A stretch of DNA of 63,976 bases, counting the filler, from Octopus bimaculoides (Eukaryota), in the NCBI RefSeq assembly GCF_001194135.2. It is 7 parts of 6 records of this genome, joined end to end, with 100 filler letters (N's around TTAATTAATTAA, not from the genome) between each part and the next. Parts side by side here need not be neighbours in the genome. Positions count along the whole stretch, not along the records: positions 1 to 19,166 come from NC_068994.1; positions 19,267 to 26,332 come from NC_068994.1; 5 more parts are not named here. One strand, 5' to 3'. The notes below the pieces were generated by a model. It saw only the letters and a program-made list of their open reading frames with translations. It did not search any database and was not told where the DNA came from. Below are positions 13,029 to 26,325 of the stretch, piece after piece. A program made the translations under genes and the position numbers. The first letter of the stretch is position 1. Each line of letters begins with the position of its first letter.

Positions 13029-13906
13029 GCTAGCTAGCTAGCTAGCTAGCTACCTATCTGTCTGTCTATGAACCTATATATGTACATGTATATATATATA
13101 TATATATATTATAAATATATACAGATAATACATACACATACTTATACATGTGTATTCGAGCATTGAGCTTACGACTGTGAGGTTGTGAGTTCGATTCCTG
13201 GACCAGGCTGCGTGTTATGTTCTTGAGCAAGACACTTTATTTCACATTGCTCCAGTTCACTCAGCTGTAAAAATGAGTTGTTACGTCACTGGTGACAAGC
13301 TGTATCGGCCTTTGCTTTTCTTTTGGATAACATTGGTGGCGTGGAGAGGGGAGGCTGGTATGCATGGGTGACTGCATCCATAAAAAAAACAACCCTAGGT
13401 TGTGCATTAGCCGGTGAGGCGTCTCTCCGTCCAGATTTGTGCCCGGAGGGGAACCTCTTAAGTGCACCCATGGTCTTTCGTGACCGACAGAGTCGAGTTT
13501 TCGAGTGTGTGTGTGTGTGNNNNNNNNNNNNNNNNNNNNNNNNNNNNNNNNNNNNNNNNNNNNNNNNNNNNNNNNNNNNNNNNNNNNNNNNNNNNNNNNN
13601 NNNNNNNNNNTATATATATATATGCGTGTGTGTGTGTACACACACACATATGTAAGTATGTGTGTATATTATCTGTATATATTTATAATATCTATATATC
13701 TATATTTTTAATGCATATCTACAATACTATATGCATACACGTGCATACACACACACATACACACACGCACACATATATATGTAAAGATGTTCAGACATAT
13801 CTACATATCTATATACGTATATACATATCAATACGTACATATGTATGTGTGAGTTGAGTATATATACATATAAATGTAATTTTAAATTGTTTTGCCTATA
13901 TATATG

Positions 13907-13967
<61 letters not shown>

Positions 13968-14028
13968 TCTCACACACACACAAATTGTATTTTGAAACGG
14001 TCATATCGTTCGATAAACACACGTATTC
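12902..14028. mobile_element. Element bounded by about 44-bp inverted repeats, filled with microsatellites and a SINE
   Basis: 12902-12945 vs 13985-14028 inverted with 4 transition mismatches. Confidence 0.6.
13150..13503 (+). mobile_element. tRNA-headed SINE with CORE-like segment (ttgagcaagacactttatttcac)
   Basis: B box gttcgattcc; same head and CORE-like segment at about 28280-28380 and 37303-37450. Confidence 0.7.
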
Positions 14029-14344
14029 TTTATTCGTTTCTGCACTTTTATTCCAAACCAATCTATTATTTACTTAAATTTTGATTGATTTGTCGTAAAT
14101 ATTGTTTTACAGCACTGTGGAGTTCTCAATGATACTTATTGAAAATTCCATTGATGTGCGCTTGTGTGACAAAACATTTAAGTCGATGTAATCAATAATT
14201 AATTGATTTATAGATTCATTAATCATAAAACTGAAGAGGTTTACGATTAGTGTGTCCGACTGTTTGCAGAATGACCCTCTTAAAATATAACAATACCAGT
14301 TTCATCATAAACTTTACTGGTGTAAAATTTCCTTCAAGCAACAT

Positions 14345-14383
<39 letters not shown>

Positions 14384-14713
14384 CTTTTTGTTTTTACTAT
14401 TTGCTGATGAGAGTTTCAAATCAGATATTTTACTGCCGCCAGTGTCAGGAGCATGAGCTTGTGTCCGGACAAAGTATATCTAATATATGTATATATTTAT
14501 TTTATTATGTATCATATGATTTAAATTTTAGAGTCAGAGTAATTCCGTTTTCGCCATAATTATGTGTCATTATTATTTTTCTTTTAAGATGAATTCATTT
14601 CATGTTACTCAAACTCCGATGTATTATAGGAAAACTATTTTCACTATATATATATCAACAAATCACATATACATGCATACATATACACCTAACTACTTAC
14701 CTCTACACACAGA

Positions 14714-14753
<40 letters not shown>

Positions 14754-14939
14754 TAAGTATATATACAACAAAAAATCTTATTAGGATCTAACAATTCACA
14801 TTGCTGCTACTCTTTTAGAAACTGAAATCCAGGGTCATCAGCGCTACTCTACGACAGCGTTCTATGGAAGTAAACAGTTAAAATCTCGAATAAATTAGCT
14901 TGTCGTAATGGAAGGGCAGTGCCTTTCACCGGAAATTAA

Positions 14940-15736
14940 TAATATGAATAATTGTTCCTAATTTAGGTACATGACCACTAAGGGGAGGGGCTAGTTGATT
15001 CCATTGGCTTTGATATTTGGCTCATTCTGTATTCTTCTAGAACTCGAAAGGATGAAAGGAAAAGTAGACTTCTCCGAGATGCTTATCCTCCACCTTGAAA
15101 AATAATTGTTTCTAATTTTGGCACAAGTCCTCGAGGGAACTGGGTTAGTCAATTACATCGACCATAGTAATTGATTGGTACTTTATTTTATTGACTCCGA
15201 GGGCATGAGAGTTGACCTCAACGGGGTTTGAACGGAGTTTAAAGTTGACCTCAACAGGATTTGAACTCAGAAAGTAAAGGCTTGCATGATAGACTCTTTT
15301 TCGCCGTCCTAACGATTCTGCCGACCCATCGTTTTCACTATACGGAGTCATAATAAAAAGTTGTACATAATAAAAAGTATGTACAAGTCTAACAGTTTTG
15401 AGGGGAGGGAGATTAGTCTATACTACAGATCCCAGTATTTGTATCGTATGGTATCTGTACCAACCCCAAACACAGAACGTACAGAACCGAAAGGAATACG
15501 GCAAAGTATGTATTTTTAAAGGTCTTCGAATGATTCTACTGGCTCATCGCCCTCATTGCTCTTATACAGATAATAATCATAATTGTCCCAAATTTTTGGC
15601 TCAAGGTCAGTGACATTTGAGGGGAGCGAGAAACTCGATAACATCGATCTCAGTATTTTGACTGGTACTTCATTTTATCGATCTTGAAAGGAAGAAAAGC
15701 AAACGGGTCTGTCAATCCAACGCCATAATCACCCTA

Positions 15737-15824
<88 letters not shown>

Positions 15825-16500
15825 TTCCTTTCTGCTGAAGGCACAAGCCCTGAAATTTTGGGGGAGGGTGTTAATCGATTACACCGACCTCAGTGTTCAA
15901 CAGGTTCTTATTTTATCGATTCTATCAGCTCGCCGCCTTAATTATGATAATAACAATAACAATAATAATTCCCGTTACACAGTACCAAGAAGTGGCTCTT
16001 ATGGCTTCTGATTTTAACTGATTGGAAGTGCTATAATGTACATGTTTTTTCTTGGGTATAAAAGCTGGGCTACAACAAATATTCTGCTTAATACCTCAGA
16101 TTTCCTTGTCAGTTGCTTGGAATTGCTTGTCAGCTGCTTGACTTTAACCAGTTGAGCATGTCCCTTAGTGGCTGGCGATATGTGCATCTCTGATCACGAG
16201 CAGAAGATGTGGTAGTGGAGAGCATCATAGCCATGTGTTGAGAGGAATTCTTTGGGGTGTGAATAATTCACCACTGAAAACATGGGTGTTTCTTTCAACA
16301 TCCTTAAACAAAACTTATTCAGGGGCCTTTTGAGCAGGATGAGCCACTCGACCGGTTGCGAGGTCATGCGCTGTTTATCTTGATATAAGGTCACCATGTC
16401 GTGCACATATGGCTGTGACGAGTTGTCATGATGGGTATAATGGGTTTCGTATATTTGTATACCAGTGTTACTTTGATGGCATGCACTGCTCTCTCACTCA

Positions 16501-16556
<56 letters not shown>

Positions 16557-16880
16557 NNNNNNNNNNNNNNNNNNNNNNNNNNNNNNNNNNNNNNNNNNNN
16601 NNNNNNNNNNNNNNNNNNNNNNNNNNNNNNNNNNNNNNNNNNNNNNNNNNNNNNNNNNNNNNNNNNNNNCCCAGTACTTGACTAGCATTTATTGACACTG
16701 AAAGGATGAAAGGTAAATTCGACCTCGGTGGGATTTGAACTCAGAATGTAAAGACCGACGAAATGCCATTAAGGGTCGATAAATTAAGTACCAGTCAAGC
16801 ACTGAGTGTGGGGTCAATGTAATCGGCTAAAATCCTTTCCCCCAAATTGCAGGTCTTGTACCTATGGTAAAAAGGATTAT
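14940..16880 (-). mobile_element. Cluster of truncated SINE family A copies separated by (AAT)n
   Basis: Repeated matches to the reverse complement of 11811-12032; the piece at about 16773-16880 is on the plus strand. Confidence 0.7.
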
Positions 16881-16935
16881 ACCGTGTCATAAAACCCACC
16901 TTTATAATTTCGATAATAAAAATGTCTAATTTTAA

Positions 16936-17444
16936 TACTCTTTTTACTTGTTTCAGTCATTTGACTGCGGCCACGCTGGAGCACCGCCTTTAGTCGAACA
17001 AATCGATCCCAGGTCTTATTCTTTGTAAGCCTAGTACTTATTCTATCGGTCTCTTTTTGCCGAACCGCTCAGTTACGGGGACGTAAACACACCAGCATCG
17101 GTTGTCAAGCGATGGTGGGGGGGGGACAAACACAGACACACACCACACACANNNNNNNNNNNNNNNNNNNNNNNNNNNNNNNNNNNNNNNNNNNNNNNNN
17201 NNNNNNNNNNNNNNNNNNNNNNNNNNNNNNNNNNNNNNNNNNNNNNNNNNNNNNNNNNNNNNNNNATATATATATATATACCTATATACGACGGGCTTCT
17301 TTCAGTTTCCGTCTACCAAATCCACTCACAAGGCTTTGGTCGGCCCGAGGCTATAGTATAAGACACTTGCCCAAGGTGCCACGCAGTGGGACTGAACCCG
17401 GAACCATGTGGTTGGTAAGCAAGCTACTTACCACACAGCCACTC
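16936..17444 (-). mobile_element. tRNA-derived SINE family B (head + internal microsatellite + gtttacgtccccgtaacttagcggttcggc body)
   Basis: A-box/B-box head on the minus strand at about 17380-17444; same family at 25912-26325, 27072-27205, 29158-29495 and 52385-52490. Confidence 0.85.
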
Positions 17445-18044
17445 TGCTTTTCTGTTGCGGTGATTAGAGCTAGGATAGTTTGTTTAACTGCGCTACTGGA
17501 TCCCTTTCACTTGACGATTAGTATTCAGTTGTTCCATCGATTGAATAGCCAAAGCCTGAATTAATGAATAGATCGTTGAGTATTCATTCCATAGACAGAC
17601 ACGTGTACTCTCCATGTAAATCTCCCAAAGAATCAACGTGACATAAGAATGCGTGACAAAGGTGTATTTTTTGACATACAGGTAAAATCCTCTGAACTGG
17701 TATCTTTCTGTAAAGGTTCTTTCTACTCACTTTCGCTCGAAAGGTATGCTGGTGGTGGTGGTAGTGGTGGTGGTGGTGGGGAATTCGAGGCTATGAAAGA
17801 TGCCAAGCAGTGGGATTGAACCCAGGACCTCGTGATTGCGATACCAACATCTTAACCATTCCGTGTTTTGCGCCGAAACTATCTCAATGCTTGAGTAGTG
17901 TTTTATGTTTTATGGAATAATAATTATTTAATGAAATAAAAAGCAAAAAAAAAATAATTCTCGTTAGGAATTGAACTCATGAAGATATTATTATACGATG
18001 TAAAGCATACTGTACTGTATGTACCTTTGTATATGTTATCCTTC

Positions 18045-18185
18045 ATAATAATTCTTTCTAATTTTGGTACACAGGCAGTTTTGAGGGGAGGAGCAGGTCG
18101 ATTATATCGACCCCAGTAATTTACTGCTACCAACCGCGAAAGCATGAAAGGCGAAGTCGACAGCGGTAGAATTTGAACTCCGGCC

Positions 18186-18230
<45 letters not shown>

Positions 18231-18454
18231 CCTTTCTACTAAAGGCACAAGGCCTGAAATTTGGGTGGGGGTGGAGGAGGCTAATCGATTACATCGACCC
18301 CAGTACATAACTGGTACTTATTTCATCAACCTCGAAAGGATGAATGGCAAATTCGACATCGGCAGAATTTGAACGCAGAACGTAAAAGCGGACGAAATGC
18401 AGCTAAGCATTTCGTCCGGCTTGCTAACGATTCTGCCAACTAGCCGCCTTAATA

Positions 18455-18507
<53 letters not shown>

Positions 18508-18655
18508 CCTTTAAACTAAAGGCACAAGGCCTGAAATTTTAGGGGAGGGGGTAAGTCATTTGCATCGACCCCTGTACTCAGCTGGTACTTATTTTATCGA
18601 CCCCGAGAAGATGTAAGGCAAATGGACCGACCCAGGCACCATTTGAACTTAGAAA
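18045..18655 (-). mobile_element. Three tandem SINE family A copies separated by (AAT)n
   Basis: Copies at about 18045-18180, 18225-18452 and 18505-18655. Confidence 0.8.
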
Positions 18656-19073
18656 CGTAATGATTATAATTGGAAGAGGACGAATGGAATTACTTGACCA
18701 TAGAACAACATTGTTGTGTAACACCAGGTCTGTCCTGGTTGAGTAGACCTATACTTAAAGTCATTTTAAACGCTGGGGTGCATTTCAGAAAGATTTAGTT
18801 GCTATCTCTAGCCTGACGAGCAATCACTTACAGGCTTCTGCGTTAACTCGTCCAAGAACGAATGAACACAGAAAAGTGATAGGAGCCAGTGAAGTAGTCC
18901 CGCACCACCATGGTTGCTGACTCTGCTAGAAATAGCCACCAAATCTTTAAATCACACCTAGCTGGCTGTAATAAAAGGCAAAGACACTCGGAATAATCGT
19001 TTGCCCACAGGCATTATGTCCGAATAAAAGCAGCGATTCTAGAGGACAGGATGACCGTCACTGAAAGAAGAAG

Positions 19074-19166
19074 AAGAAGAAGAAGAAGAAGAAGAAGAAG
19101 AAGAAGAAGAAGAAGAAGAAGAAGAAGAAGAAAATGAAGAAGAAGAAAATGAAGAAGAAGAAGAAG
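19074..19166. repeat. (GAA)n tract
   Basis: Direct reading. Confidence 0.95.
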
Positions 19167-19296
19167 NNNNNNNNNNNNNNNNNNNNNNNNNNNNNNNNNN
19201 NNNNNNNNNNTTAATTAATTAANNNNNNNNNNNNNNNNNNNNNNNNNNNNNNNNNNNNNNNNNNNNTGGATGGATGGATGGATGGATGGATGGATG

Positions 19297-19354
<58 letters not shown>

Positions 19355-20013
19355 AGCATACAATATATTCATACGTAGCACAACAAGCATTCATATATGA
19401 AAACAGAGAGAAATAGACTCATGTATTTGACAGAATACTAATGAGATATAAAAATAGCGAACTAGGTAGACGAATGACTGAAGAGGGGGGTGGATACTGA
19501 GGGGCATCTGCTTCAAGAAATTCATTAGTAAAGTGACTGCTAACATACTTAATGAATTTTAATTAATAGGTTCCACCTTCACTGATGAGAGCAATTATTA
19601 TCTCAATAATCCCCGAAAGAAAAGGACAGAGGAGACAACCAAATTGTTTAACAAATTAGAATTAATTCGATATAGAATGCCAGCGAATTTCGCCTTTAGC
19701 AGCAGTGTAGGGACGTGTTTCACTGCTAGTGGACTGCATCAGCAAAGCATAGTCCAATTGTGATTTCCCTATCTTAGAATGTCCAGAGAGATTTAAGCGT
19801 AATATCTGGGGTTGTCTACCCTGTCCTTTTTTATAAGAATTATTCTGAGACAACCAGTGTTCTAATTAGTAACAGTGTAATTTTATTCTAATTAAAATTT
19901 CTTGGCTTACCTTAACACATACACTGATACCCACTTTACTGTTAAGTTTCCATGCAACAGGGTTACCTTCAAATATTACGTAGGATAGATTCACACGCAA
20001 ACGCGCGTGTACG

Positions 20014-20070
<57 letters not shown>

Positions 20071-21013
20071 ATAGGTGTGGATATGATAAGACATTTAAAA
20101 CAGCAAACTAGGACAGGAAAAGAACGTACCCTTTCACGAGAGTCGAACGTTGTATGTATCGCATTCCAGGCTCTACGTTAGCGGTTACACAAGAGAGGTC
20201 CTTGTCATTTTTAATTATACGTGTGCGCGCCCGTGTACGTATGCACAAGAGGCCAAAATACTAAACGCTCTTACACAACAGCTGCTTGTGGCTTTTTACG
20301 CCTTTTTACTATTCACAATTTCTTTTCATGTTCAAAATGTAACTTTTGGTCTCCATCTCATATTATTTGAAAACTGGTATTGTTCATCAGCTGAGTATGA
20401 CAAACTTGAGATTTATATACCCTAAAATACATGTCACTATATATATATATATGTGTATGTACACACGCATACATACCTTCGTACATATTATACATATATA
20501 CATACATGCATACGTACATATGCACACAGGTACATATATACATGCGTGTGCGTGTGTGTGAGTGCATGTGCATAATCATTTTATTTAGTTTACAATATAT
20601 TAGAATTTAGTAAGACAACCTTCTTGCTTTAACTTAAACATTGATGCTTCTTGACATGGATGCAATATGATTCTCCAAGTTCTCAAGATTTCTTCTAAAC
20701 CAGACATTGGTGATTAGTTCAATGAACTGAGTTCAGTACCTTGATTTAGAAACTAGTACCAGTCCCTTCAGTTTTGACGACGGATTCTTTGTCTAGTAAG
20801 GCAAAGTTGTTTCCATTGAGAAGTGTGCCCACCATAACATCCTACAGCCAGCAACATATTGTAAACGAAGCGACCATCGGTCACTTATTTGCAACAAGCA
20901 AAATAGCTAATAGTAAAATCTCAAGAAGAGATCAGAGTAGTAACTATGCTAACAAGTAAAGTCAATCGCCACATCAAAGTGGTTATTCCATGTGACTATT
21001 AGTTTAACCCAGC

Positions 21014-21680
21014 AGATCAAGAAAAATCGTTTGGTTTGCCCCCCACCCTTTTCCCTGAATGTAAAGACGAATATTGGTTGAAAATTCCTGACCCTCCTAG
21101 ATTAACACTTTCCTGGAGCTCATAGATACAGGAAAATATTTAATAGAAATTCCGTTAAATAATATAGCTGCTGCCCGAGCATAAAATGTATTATCACCGC
21201 AAGAAGCAACAGGAAACTGAACCAGGTTGCAATTGTCGCAAAGCAGAATCCTGTCCGCTGGACCAGCAGTGTATGACGAAGTCGATTGTATAAGGAGCAG
21301 AGGTCTCGGCAACCCTTAATAGCAGCGACACAACCGATAAAAGAACATACATCGAGTTATGTGAAGGAATTTTTAAAAGACGCTACTCCAACCACAGTGA
21401 AAAAAGCAAAGCCACAAAGTTGGCGAGCCACATTTGGGCCATGAAAGAGGAAAATGTACCATATGTGATCAAATGGAGGATAATAGAAAGGTCTAAACCA
21501 TACATGAATGAATCTAATAGATTTATGCTTTGCTTGGCCGAAAGGGCACCGATTTTATTCAGATCCAAGATTCCGAAAGCGATATTTAACACGAGGTTAG
21601 AGATTTTTAGTGGATGTAAACACATGTTTAAATATATCTTAAAAAATTGGAAGATTCCACCGATTCCTGGTTGACTGGCC
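21014..21680 (+). pseudogene. Penelope-like element (Naiad-type) remnant: linker and GIY-YIG endonuclease
   Basis: Peptides RKIVWF..PFSLNVKTNIG, CNCRKAESCPLDQQCMTKSIV, YIELCEGIFKRRYSNH, SHIWAMKEENVPYVIKWRII and RLEIFSGCKH; stops and frameshifts present. Confidence 0.85.
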
Positions 21681-22185
21681 ATTTTCTTTCCAGCTTTCTT
21701 TATAACGCCAAGGAAAATAGATATAGTTTCTTCTTTCATTCTGTCGATTTATATCTCATATTTATATTTCATTATATTTTTTCCATCCTTTCATATTCCC
21801 TTTGTAATTTTTATCTATTACAATTATGGACCTTTATAACAAACACCATAGAGTTTTCCAACCTTATGCAATTTATGTATATTTATTTGGATTTTATGTA
21901 CTTGTATAATTTATGTATTATATATAGCTTATGCATTTGTATATATTTCTATAGCCTTTAGATTATCTGTAGATATCATACTTTATATATTGACACGTTT
22001 ATAATTTAATGTAAATTTTATAATTTTATCATTTATAACTTTATCATTTTAAATTCAGCTGAACGGTCCGCATCGGTTCAGTTTAGTAGCTCATCTGTAG
22101 CGGAATCTTCCATTAAATATGGTTTGCTTTAGCATCGCCTCTCGCCCGGTCCTCTGTTTAAACTTCTTGGTTTCATAGAATAATC

Positions 22186-22234
22186 AGAGCCCGATGAACG
22201 TACTTGTCATGTACGTGAAACTATTAGTAGAACA
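22186..22234 (+). ncRNA. Degenerate type I hammerhead-like motif (CCGAUGA core)
   Basis: CCGATGA 22191-97; stem II ACGTAC/GTACGT; GAAA 22217-20; near-palindrome ACTATTAGT then A; stem I essentially unpaired. Confidence 0.45.
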
Positions 22235-22279
22235 TATAATTCATGTGGGGTGAAACACATACATTTATATATATATATA

Positions 22280-22451
22280 CAATTGCAACGTGGAAAGTGT
22301 TTATAAGCCATTTAAAATAGCACACAAAAACTGTTAGATTCACTTCTACATTTAAATTTCATTTGTCGAAATATTTTAAATGTTGAAGTGAATCTAACGA
22401 TTTTTGTGTGTTATTTTAAATGACTTATAAACACCTTCAACGCTGCAATTG
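22280..22451. repeat. 172-bp foldback palindrome (about 77-bp arms)
   Basis: 22280-22356 vs 22375-22451 inverted, 8 mismatches by manual alignment. Confidence 0.9.
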
Positions 22452-22490
22452 TTTTTGTTTCAGTACACGATCTCAGATCAGGTCACCTGT

Positions 22491-22529
<39 letters not shown>

Positions 22530-22716
22530 GTATAGATAAACACACACGCACACGCACACACAGCACACACACACACACACAGAAATATATACATATAGAT
22601 AGATATACATAGACCTATATATACATATATGTATATAAATATATATCGGTGCATATAGATATACACACGCATACATACATACATACATACATACATACAT
22701 ACATANNNNNNNNNNN

Positions 22717-22748
<32 letters not shown>

Positions 22749-23159
22749 GTCCTTACACAGATTCATACACACCTATATATATACACACACACATACATCT
22801 CGGGTGTGGTGTGTGTTATTTATTATTATGTTGAGGTACTGCGTATAGGCTATTTATGGCTATGCGGATTCTGTGTTGTTTGTAGTGTAATGGGTGAGCC
22901 TGCATGCTGGATGTGAAGGTAGTGGGTTGTTTCTATTGTTATGGGTGGATGTGCATTCAGCGGCGTAGAGTTTTCAGTGCGAGTTAGTTATAGGTGCTTG
23001 GGTGCTTGGGTGTTCTACTGTAATAGGTGAATGCATTTTTGGTATGTATGCAACGTGCAATCCTTTCGGATAATTTGTCTATTAGTCTTTCTCTAGTTAG
23101 TAAAATTCTGATCTTTTACACTCTGCTGGTTAGAAAAACATGCGACTAGTTGTCCAAGA

Positions 23160-23625
23160 ATTGGGAAAGAATGCTTGAATGAAAGAACTTGCAGAAGATG
23201 GTTCGCAAAATTCAAAAGTGGAGATTTCAGCCTTGAAGATGAAGATCGGACAGGACGTCCAGTTGAGTTTGATGATAAGCTCCTTGAGCCATTACTTGAA
23301 GAAAATTAAGCATTATCAGTTGAAGAATTGGCAATAAAGCTTAGTTCAAACCATACAACTGTTCATCGTCATCTTCAACAGCTTGGAAAGGTTCCTAAAC
23401 TTGGAAAATGGGTGCCTCATGAATTGTCCGAAAGCAACGGCAAATCCCGAGTTGACATCTGCTCTTCTCTCCATTCTTGCGAACTCATTTCACCCTTTTT
23501 GGATAGACTTGTGACTGGTGACGAAAAATGGATCTTCTATCGAAATGTTAAACGTCGTTAACATTGGCTTGGTAAAAGGGAAAAAACTCAAACACAACCG
23601 AGAAGGTAACTTTATGGGAAAAAGA
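23160..23625 (+). pseudogene. Mariner transposase fragment
   Basis: RRWFAKFKSGDFSLEDEDRTGRP, KWVPHEL and LVTGDEKWIFY motifs; in-frame stops. Confidence 0.92.
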
Positions 23626-23757
23626 AATAAACAATTATGTTATGAACTTCAGTAGCTTACAGCTGTTTCTGGTGTGAGCTGCATTGTACTTATAGTTGAG
23701 TACTTGAGTGCCACCCGATAGCTTCATCGGAAAACACTTACATGTGTGAGTGTTGTT

Positions 23758-23797
<40 letters not shown>

Positions 23798-24324
23798 AAT
23801 AAAAAATAATATATCCTCGGTACAGTATTATATNNNNNNNNNNNNNNNNNNNNNNNNNNNNNNNNNNNNNNNNNNNNNNNNNNNNNNNNNNNNNNNNNNN
23901 NNNNNNNNNNNNNNNNNNNNNNNNNNNNNNNNNNNNNNNNNNNNNNNNNNNNNNNNNNNNNNNNNNNNNNNNNNNNNNNNNNNNNNNNNNNNNNNNNNNN
24001 NNNNNNNNNNNNNNNNNNNNNNNNNNNNNNNNNNNNNNNNNNNNNNNNNNNNNNNNNNNNNNNNNNNNNNNNNNNNNNNNNNNNNNNNNNNNNNNNNNNN
24101 NNNNNNNNNNNNNNNNNNNNNNNNNNNNNNNNNNNNNNNNNNNNNNNNNNNNNNNNNNNNNNNNNNNNNNNNNNNNNNNNNNNNNNNNNNNNNNNNNNNN
24201 NNNNNNNNNNNNNNNNNNNNNNNNNNNNNNNNNNNNNNNNNNNNNNNNNNNNNNNNNNNNNNNNNNNNNNNNNNNNNNNNNNNNNNNNNNNNNNNNNNNN
24301 NNNNNNNNNNNNNNNNNNNNNNNN

Positions 24325-24388
<64 letters not shown>

Positions 24389-24421
24389 CTTGTATGTATA
24401 TATTACTTGTTTCACATTTTA

Positions 24422-24513
24422 TATCTCTGAAGAGCAGAAGAGTTGTCTATAAATGCTTAACAATATAGGATACCGTTATAGGGACAGCACCTCTGCGAAA
24501 CGATCGTAAGATG
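24422..24513 (+). ncRNA. Type I hammerhead ribozyme with intact core and palindromic stem III
   Basis: ATCT-CTGAAGA-GCAGA...TCTGC-GAAA, ACGATCGT palindrome, A, then AGAT; all conserved core nucleotides present. Confidence 0.75.
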
Positions 24514-25877
24514 CTTAAAAAAGTTAATTCGAAACTTTTAAACTGTCATATTTATTATATATTTATACTTATACATATTTACATATATCTATATATATTT
24601 ATATTTTTAATACAACAATTATTTTACACATGTATATATCTTTTTGAAGACTTTTGTAATATTGATTTCCTGATATTAATAACAACATACTATATAAAAT
24701 ATATATAATTCCTCGTATTAAATACATAAATACTTTAATAGTATTAATACTTTAATACAATAGAGCACTCAATATAAATTCAGTATATACTATTTTCATT
24801 GAATATATTTAACTAAAGATTTATACATATTATATATTTGTAATATAATGTGTGACAATCATTCGGTTGCCATAACAAAACTCCGAGTTTGGGATGTCGG
24901 GGTGGAAACGTGCACCGGCATCTCTTCATTTATCGAGGCAATTAAAATATGGCAACTGAATAATTGTCACATATTATATTACAAATAAATTCCTCTATTT
25001 ACATGTTATCATACCATTACTATTAATATATTATATATATATATATATATATACGCCCCTCCTTAATTCTTTTGTCCCTCTGCCTCTACCTCTCTCTCTT
25101 CTCTTCCCACGTCACCGGCGTTCGGCCAAGCCTGATCTTTCTTTCTTAGCCGGCCGTTGTGCGTGCAACATCGATATTCCTCCCTGTACCTGTGAAACTT
25201 TGTATCCCTGCCGTAAGGCTTTATTTCCACACACGCCAGCTTAATTTAATTCGTCCTTAGTCGAAAGACATCTGTTATTATGTCCTGCTATTATTTTTAT
25301 TTTTTTGTATTTGTGTAACATAGTTCGTTTTTTCCGTCCTTGTTTTTGTATACATTCGCTGCTTTCTTCCAAGGAATCTAATGCTCATAGCTTAGTTTTT
25401 CCTTGGGGCTGGCCAGATTGGAGCAATATCAGATCNNNNNNNNNNNNNNNNNNNNNNNNNNNNNNNNNNNNNNNNNNNNNNNNNNNNNNNNNNNNNNNNN
25501 NNNNNNNNNNNNNNNNNNNNNNNNNNNNNNNNNNNNNNNNNNNNNNNNNNNNNNNNNNNNNNNNNNNNNNNNNNNNNNNNNNNNNNNNNNNNNNNNNNNN
25601 NNNNNNNNNNNNNNNNNNNNNNNNNNNNNNNNNNNNNNNNNNNNNNNNNNNNNNNNNNNNNNNNNNNNNNNNNNNNNNNNNNNNNNNNNNNNNNNNNNNN
25701 NNNNNNNNNNNNNNNNNNNNNNNNNNNNNNNNNNNNNNNNNNNNNNNNNNNNNNNNNNNNNNNNNNNNNNNNNNNNNNNNNNNNNNNNNNNNNNNNNNNN
25801 NNNNNNNNNNNNNNNNNNNNNNNNNNNNNNNNNNNNNNNNNAGTGGCGTACGTACACTTTGTCTCTTATATGTGTAT

Positions 25878-25911
<34 letters not shown>

Positions 25912-25914
<3 letters not shown>

Positions 25915-26325
25915 CTCTTTTACTCTTTTACTTGTTTCAGTCATTTGACTGTGGCCATGCTGGAGCACCGCCTTTAGTCGGGCAAATAGACCTCAAGACT
26001 TATTCTTTGTAAACCTAGTACATATTCTACCGGTACTTTTGCTGAACTGCTAAGTTACGGGGACGTAAACACAACACCATCGCTTGTCAAGCGATGTTGG
26101 GGGGACAAACACAGACACATAAACATATACACACACACACATACATATATATACATATATACGACGGGCTTCTTTCAGTTTCCGTCTACCAAATCCACTC
26201 ACAAGGCTTTGGTCGGCCTGAGGGTATAGTTGAAAGACACTTGCTCAAGGTGCCACGCAGTGGGATTGAACCCGGAACCATGTGGTTCGTAAGCAAGCTA
26301 TTTACCACACAGCCACTCCTACGCC
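25912..26325 (-). mobile_element. SINE family B, complete copy
   Basis: Colinear with 16936-17444. Confidence 0.85.

Noticed and set aside
19582-19625. CTGATGA...attatt/aataat...GAAA
   Set aside because: The base of stem II is unpaired and there is no stem III, cleavage triplet or stem I partner
19700-20890. Several short exon-like segments (for example minus 19911-19966 and the Cys-rich plus frame at 19753-19860)
   Set aside because: Conflicting strands and frames, weak splice sites and no recognisable family
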